Shown here: piece by piece, positions 55,790-58,693 of the stretch
How positions within the stretch are numbered: position 1 is the stretch's first letter
Layout of the letters: each line of letters opens with the position of its first letter
IMG/VR virus record: IMGVR_UViG_3300035698_012504
Span: 1 to 58,693 of that record
Source: a virus
Length of the DNA: 58,693 nt
Reading direction: 5' to 3' (one strand)
Program-made: the position numbers and the translations under genes
The notes under the pieces: generated by a model
Database searches by the model: none
What the model saw: the letters and a program-made list of their open reading frames with translations, nothing else
What the model was told of the DNA's origin: nothing

Positions 55790-56155
55790 ATGACACTAAG
55801 ACATCAAGAAGACGTAAGACACATAAAGAGTAGGTTGCGAATCTTAGAAAAAGATAAACACCCACCTATATCTGTTAGTACATTTGACGCTGGCGATATA
55901 ATGGATCAGTTAACATTAATAAATAATAGATTAATGGAAATAGTAGGAATAATGAAAGATCCATCAGTAACATACACATCTACTGGAAAAGGAAATGAAA
56001 AAAATGAGGACAAATTAAAGAAGGGCTCTAGTCCTACGTATATACCTGAGCCAGATATATCAGATATTACTTCACGTACAAACAAAGTTAGTAAACGAAC
56101 AAAGACTGTTGATATTGCATCACAATTAGATAAACTAGGAGAATTAGAAAGGTAA
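55790..56155 (+). CDS. hypothetical protein
   Basis: 121-aa ORF. Confidence 0.4.
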   Translation: MTLRHQEDVRHIKSRLRILEKDKHPPISVSTFDAGDIMDQLTLINNRLMEIVGIMKDPSVTYTSTGKGNEKNEDKLKKGSSPTYIPEPDISDITSRTNKVSKRTKTVDIASQLDKLGELER

Positions 56156-56157
56156 GC

Positions 56158-57222
56158 ATGGATATAAAACATTATTATGGGTATGATTTAGGTACAATGA
56201 ATCAAGTTTCCGCCTGTCAGGCAACTGAAGGTAAAATTACTATAAATACAGTAAGAAATATGTTCTCAGAGATTGATACTGATGTTATAGCAATAGAAGA
56301 ATTAGAAAATACAGATTTAGATTACATAGTTAGTAATGAGGACGATGTGGAAAGAGTCTTTATTATTGGTGAAGATTGTTTTAGATTTTCCCAGATATTT
56401 GGTATTACTCCAAGACGTCCTATGGAAGGAGGCGTCATCTCCAGCAAGGACATAGATGCTATAGATATACTCACTGTGATGGCTAAGAAGCTAGTCAAAA
56501 CGCCTCCTAAGGGACAAAGAGGCTATTGTGTATACTCAGTGCCAGCAGACACAGTAGACGCTGACAATCCTCCTGTGCTGTATCATGAACAGGTGTTCTC
56601 AAAGGTTTTAGATTCTATCGGATATGATGCTAAACCTTTAAATGAAGGAATGGGGATAATTTTTTCAGAGTGTGCAGATACGAACTTTAGCGGAATAGGG
56701 ATCAGTTGTGGATGTGGTTTAATTAATGTAGCGTTTTCTTACAGAGGAATTATGAGTCTAGCATTTGCTATCAAGAGAGGAGGAGACTGGATTGATAAAC
56801 AAGTGTCTGATTCTATTAATGTTCCTGTAAGTAGAGTTACAAGATTAAAAGAGAGTAAATTAGATTTAGATAATCCTATTATATCAAAGAAAAAAGCAGA
56901 GAAACGAGCATTAGAGTGTCTGGTTTTCTTCTATAAAGATATGATAGAATATATATTAAAAACATTTTGTAAAGAATTTGAAAAATCTTCTGATGCTCTC
57001 GAAATAGGAGAAGATATTCCGATCATTGTATCGGGTGGAACATCTTTACCCAATGGGTTTATAGAATGTTTTACAAAAGTTTTCGATGAAAACTATAGAG
57101 ATATATTCCCATATAATGTCTCTGATATAAGAAGAGCAAAAGACCCATTAGCGGCTGTAGCAACAGGAAATTTAATTTATGCCCTCCACTCCAAAAAACA
57201 AAAAGAAAAAAAATCAAAATAA
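56158..57222 (+). CDS. actin-like ATPase (ASKHA superfamily; MreB/ParM-like)
   Basis: All five actin-fold motifs are present: YGYDLGTMN (phosphate 1), GIGISCGCGLINVAF (phosphate 2), IIVSGGTSLPNGF (adenosine) and DPLAAVATG (connect 2; compare MreB DPLTCVARG). Confidence 0.65.
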   Translation: MDIKHYYGYDLGTMNQVSACQATEGKITINTVRNMFSEIDTDVIAIEELENTDLDYIVSNEDDVERVFIIGEDCFRFSQIFGITPRRPMEGGVISSKDIDAIDILTVMAKKLVKTPPKGQRGYCVYSVPADTVDADNPPVLYHEQVFSKVLDSIGYDAKPLNEGMGIIFSECADTNFSGIGISCGCGLINVAFSYRGIMSLAFAIKRGGDWIDKQVSDSINVPVSRVTRLKESKLDLDNPIISKKKAEKRALECLVFFYKDMIEYILKTFCKEFEKSSDALEIGEDIPIIVSGGTSLPNGFIECFTKVFDENYRDIFPYNVSDIRRAKDPLAAVATGNLIYALHSKKQKEKKSK

Positions 57223-58075
57223 TTATTATGTATATATTTATCTAGATCCCCGAAAACCTGGAAAATATGTTTATCCTAATTTGGGATTTGGATTATTATA
57301 TGAACCATTTTATGTTGGCGCAGGTCATGGTCGGAGATATAAATCCCATCTATCTGAAGCAAGTCGATGTTTTTCTAAAAGAAACCAATTAAAACTTAAC
57401 AAAATTAGAAAGATTTTTAGGTATGATCTTGAACCTATTATAATTAAATTAAAAATTGAGATGAATAAATTAAATGCATTTAATGAAGAAAAACATATAA
57501 TAAAAAATATAGGCAGATATGATTTAGGAAATGGTCCTCTCACAAATTTAACAGATGGTGGAGAGACACCAATAAATCAAAAATGGTCAAAAGAGAGAAG
57601 AAAAAACCATAGTAAAATTTTTACTGAGTTAAATAAAAACAAAGAATATAAAGAAAAAGTTTCTAGAGGTTTAAAGAATTTTTGGTCTATTGAAGAAAAT
57701 AGAAGTAAAAGAATAAAAGAAATTACTGATTCTCTAAATAGACCTGAAGTAAAGAAAAAGATATCCAAAATACAGACAGAAATTTGGAAAAATAGAAGTG
57801 ATGAAAAGAGATTAGAACACAAAAACAAGATAAAATCTGCATGGAATAATGATGAGTTAAGGAACAAAATATCTGATATTAATAAAGGAAATACATATGG
57901 AACAAAAAATAAATATAAAATAATTGATCCAACTGGAAAAATATATATTGTAGATAACTTATCTAAATTTTGTGAAGAAAATAATTTAAACGTAGTTGGA
58001 ATGAATCATGTGGCATTCGGTCGACAGAAAAGCCATAAAAATGGTTGGAAATGTTCTAAAATAGGAAAGAAATAA
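57179..58075 (+). CDS. GIY-YIG homing endonuclease with NUMOD3-type repeats
   Basis: YYVYIYLDPR...PFYVGAGHGRRY matches GIY...YIG plus Arg. Later motifs of the form xSxExRxKxS recur four times (KERRKNHSKIF, KEYKEKVSRGL, ENRSKRIKEI, DEKRLEHKNKIKSAW). There is no in-frame ATG after the upstream stop, so the gene overlaps the actin-like gene by 44 nt. Confidence 0.7.
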   Translation: MPSTPKNKKKKNQNNYYVYIYLDPRKPGKYVYPNLGFGLLYEPFYVGAGHGRRYKSHLSEASRCFSKRNQLKLNKIRKIFRYDLEPIIIKLKIEMNKLNAFNEEKHIIKNIGRYDLGNGPLTNLTDGGETPINQKWSKERRKNHSKIFTELNKNKEYKEKVSRGLKNFWSIEENRSKRIKEITDSLNRPEVKKKISKIQTEIWKNRSDEKRLEHKNKIKSAWNNDELRNKISDINKGNTYGTKNKYKIIDPTGKIYIVDNLSKFCEENNLNVVGMNHVAFGRQKSHKNGWKCSKIGKK

Positions 58076-58089
58076 AAGGAGGATGTGTC

Positions 58090-58230
58090 ATGGCACTATT
58101 CGTAGACGGAAATGGAAATGAAGTAGGAATTAACTTTATTGATGGTATGTTTTATGTAAACGGTGGAACTACATACAATAACCTTAGTGAAGTTCAAGAA
58201 TATCTCACAGCAAGAGCAGAACCTGCGTAA
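58090..58230 (+). CDS. hypothetical 46-aa protein (paralog of 58285; absent from the ORF track)
   Basis: AAAGGAGGA Shine-Dalgarno sequence 7 nt upstream. GTTYNNLSEVQEYLTA matches GNTFNNITEVETYAAT in the next ORF. Confidence 0.45.
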   Translation: MALFVDGNGNEVGINFIDGMFYVNGGTTYNNLSEVQEYLTARAEPA

Positions 58231-58284
58231 AGAATATAATTATATAATTATACAAAGTACTTAACATTTAGGAGGAAATACATC

Positions 58285-58497
58285 ATGATGATTATAGCTG
58301 CTAGTACAGGATTAGCATTAAATATAACATGGGCCGATGGCTTATGGCAAGATTGTTATGGAAATACATTTAACAATATTACTGAAGTAGAGACTTATGC
58401 TGCTACATATACCCACGATGGATATATGACACCAGACATTCATGTCTCAAGTTTAGAACTAACTGATATTGTTGGTGATTTTATAGCACATAGTTAA
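58285..58497 (+). CDS. hypothetical small protein (paralog of 58090)
   Basis: TAGGAGGAAATACATC, then ATG. Confidence 0.45.
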   Translation: MMIIAASTGLALNITWADGLWQDCYGNTFNNITEVETYAATYTHDGYMTPDIHVSSLELTDIVGDFIAHS

Positions 58498-58520
58498 TCT
58501 AGTTAAAATAAACGACTATT

Positions 58521-58547
58521 AGCTAGCGCGGCTTGTCTGCGTTAGCT
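58521..58547 (+). terminator. candidate stem-loop terminator (AGCTAGCGC-GGCTTGTCT-GCGTTAGCT), followed by TTAGTTGTTT
   Basis: Inverted repeat with 8 of 9 positions paired, followed by a T-rich run, directly after a stop codon. Confidence 0.4.
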
Positions 58548-58609
58548 ATTAGTTGTTTACAGAGAAATAAAGGAAGTGGAAGTAGTGTTGGTTATAATAG
58601 GAGAGAAAA

Positions 58610-58693
58610 ATGGAAGAAGATAAAAAAGGTAAAGTAAATAGACCGTTTGGTGGATGTGATCATGCAGTAGATCCATATATAACTGGATTCTTT
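58610..58693 (+). CDS. 5' end of a CDS running off the window (MEEDKKGKVNRPFGGCDHAVDPYITGFF...)
   Basis: GGAGAGAAAAATGG Shine-Dalgarno sequence and start. The frame is open to the window end. Confidence 0.4.
   Translation, partial: MEEDKKGKVNRPFGGCDHAVDPYITGFF

Overview
This window reads as 58.7 kb of an extremely AT-rich, T4-like (Tevenvirinae-style) dsDNA phage genome. Every credible gene is on the + strand, and most neighbours are translationally coupled through ATGA or TAATG stop/start overlaps. It contains recognisable T4 core and nucleotide-metabolism genes: thyX, a class II-type ribonucleotide reductase interrupted by a LAGLIDADG intein, frd (dihydrofolate reductase), cd (dCMP deaminase), the gp44 clamp-loader ATPase, a zinc-ribbon/TOPRIM primase-like gene, rnh/flap endonuclease, a RegA-like protein, a MazG-like protein and an Hjc-like resolvase. 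It is dense in homing endonucleases: four or five paralogous zinc-finger HNH genes, one further HNH, a GIY-YIG gene with NUMOD3 repeats, and a Vsr-like endonuclease carrying eight 23-aa repeats. Three regions stand out. (1) Positions 1 to about 10.6 kb hold an array of more than 35 tiny coupled ORFs joined by a conserved ~25-nt junction (Shine-Dalgarno sequence, then ATATGATATTTGA). This forces a shared C-terminal tail (K/R-G-G-I/V-x-I) and a shared N-terminus (MIFD/MIVD). One subfamily carries a hexanucleotide CACCTT/CACCCT microsatellite encoding HLHPH tracts. (2) A ~14 kb glycan-tailoring cluster (24.6 to 38.5 kb) holds at least seven glycosyltransferases (GT2, GT1-like, GT8-like, GT9-like), four Stf0-like sulfotransferases, three methyltransferases, an LbH acetyltransferase, an ATP-grasp/HAD fusion and a glycerophosphodiesterase. 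(3) There is a scattered set of auxiliary and likely counter-defence genes. These are a peptidyl-tRNA hydrolase inside a GC-rich island, a TARG1/DarG-like macro domain, a LigD-type 3'-phosphoesterase and an MreB-like actin. Three unrelated proteins share a T4 capsid-targeting-sequence-like N-terminus, MY(I/V)SE.F. No rRNA, tRNA or CRISPR array could be supported by eye. All functional calls rest on motif recognition, not database searches.
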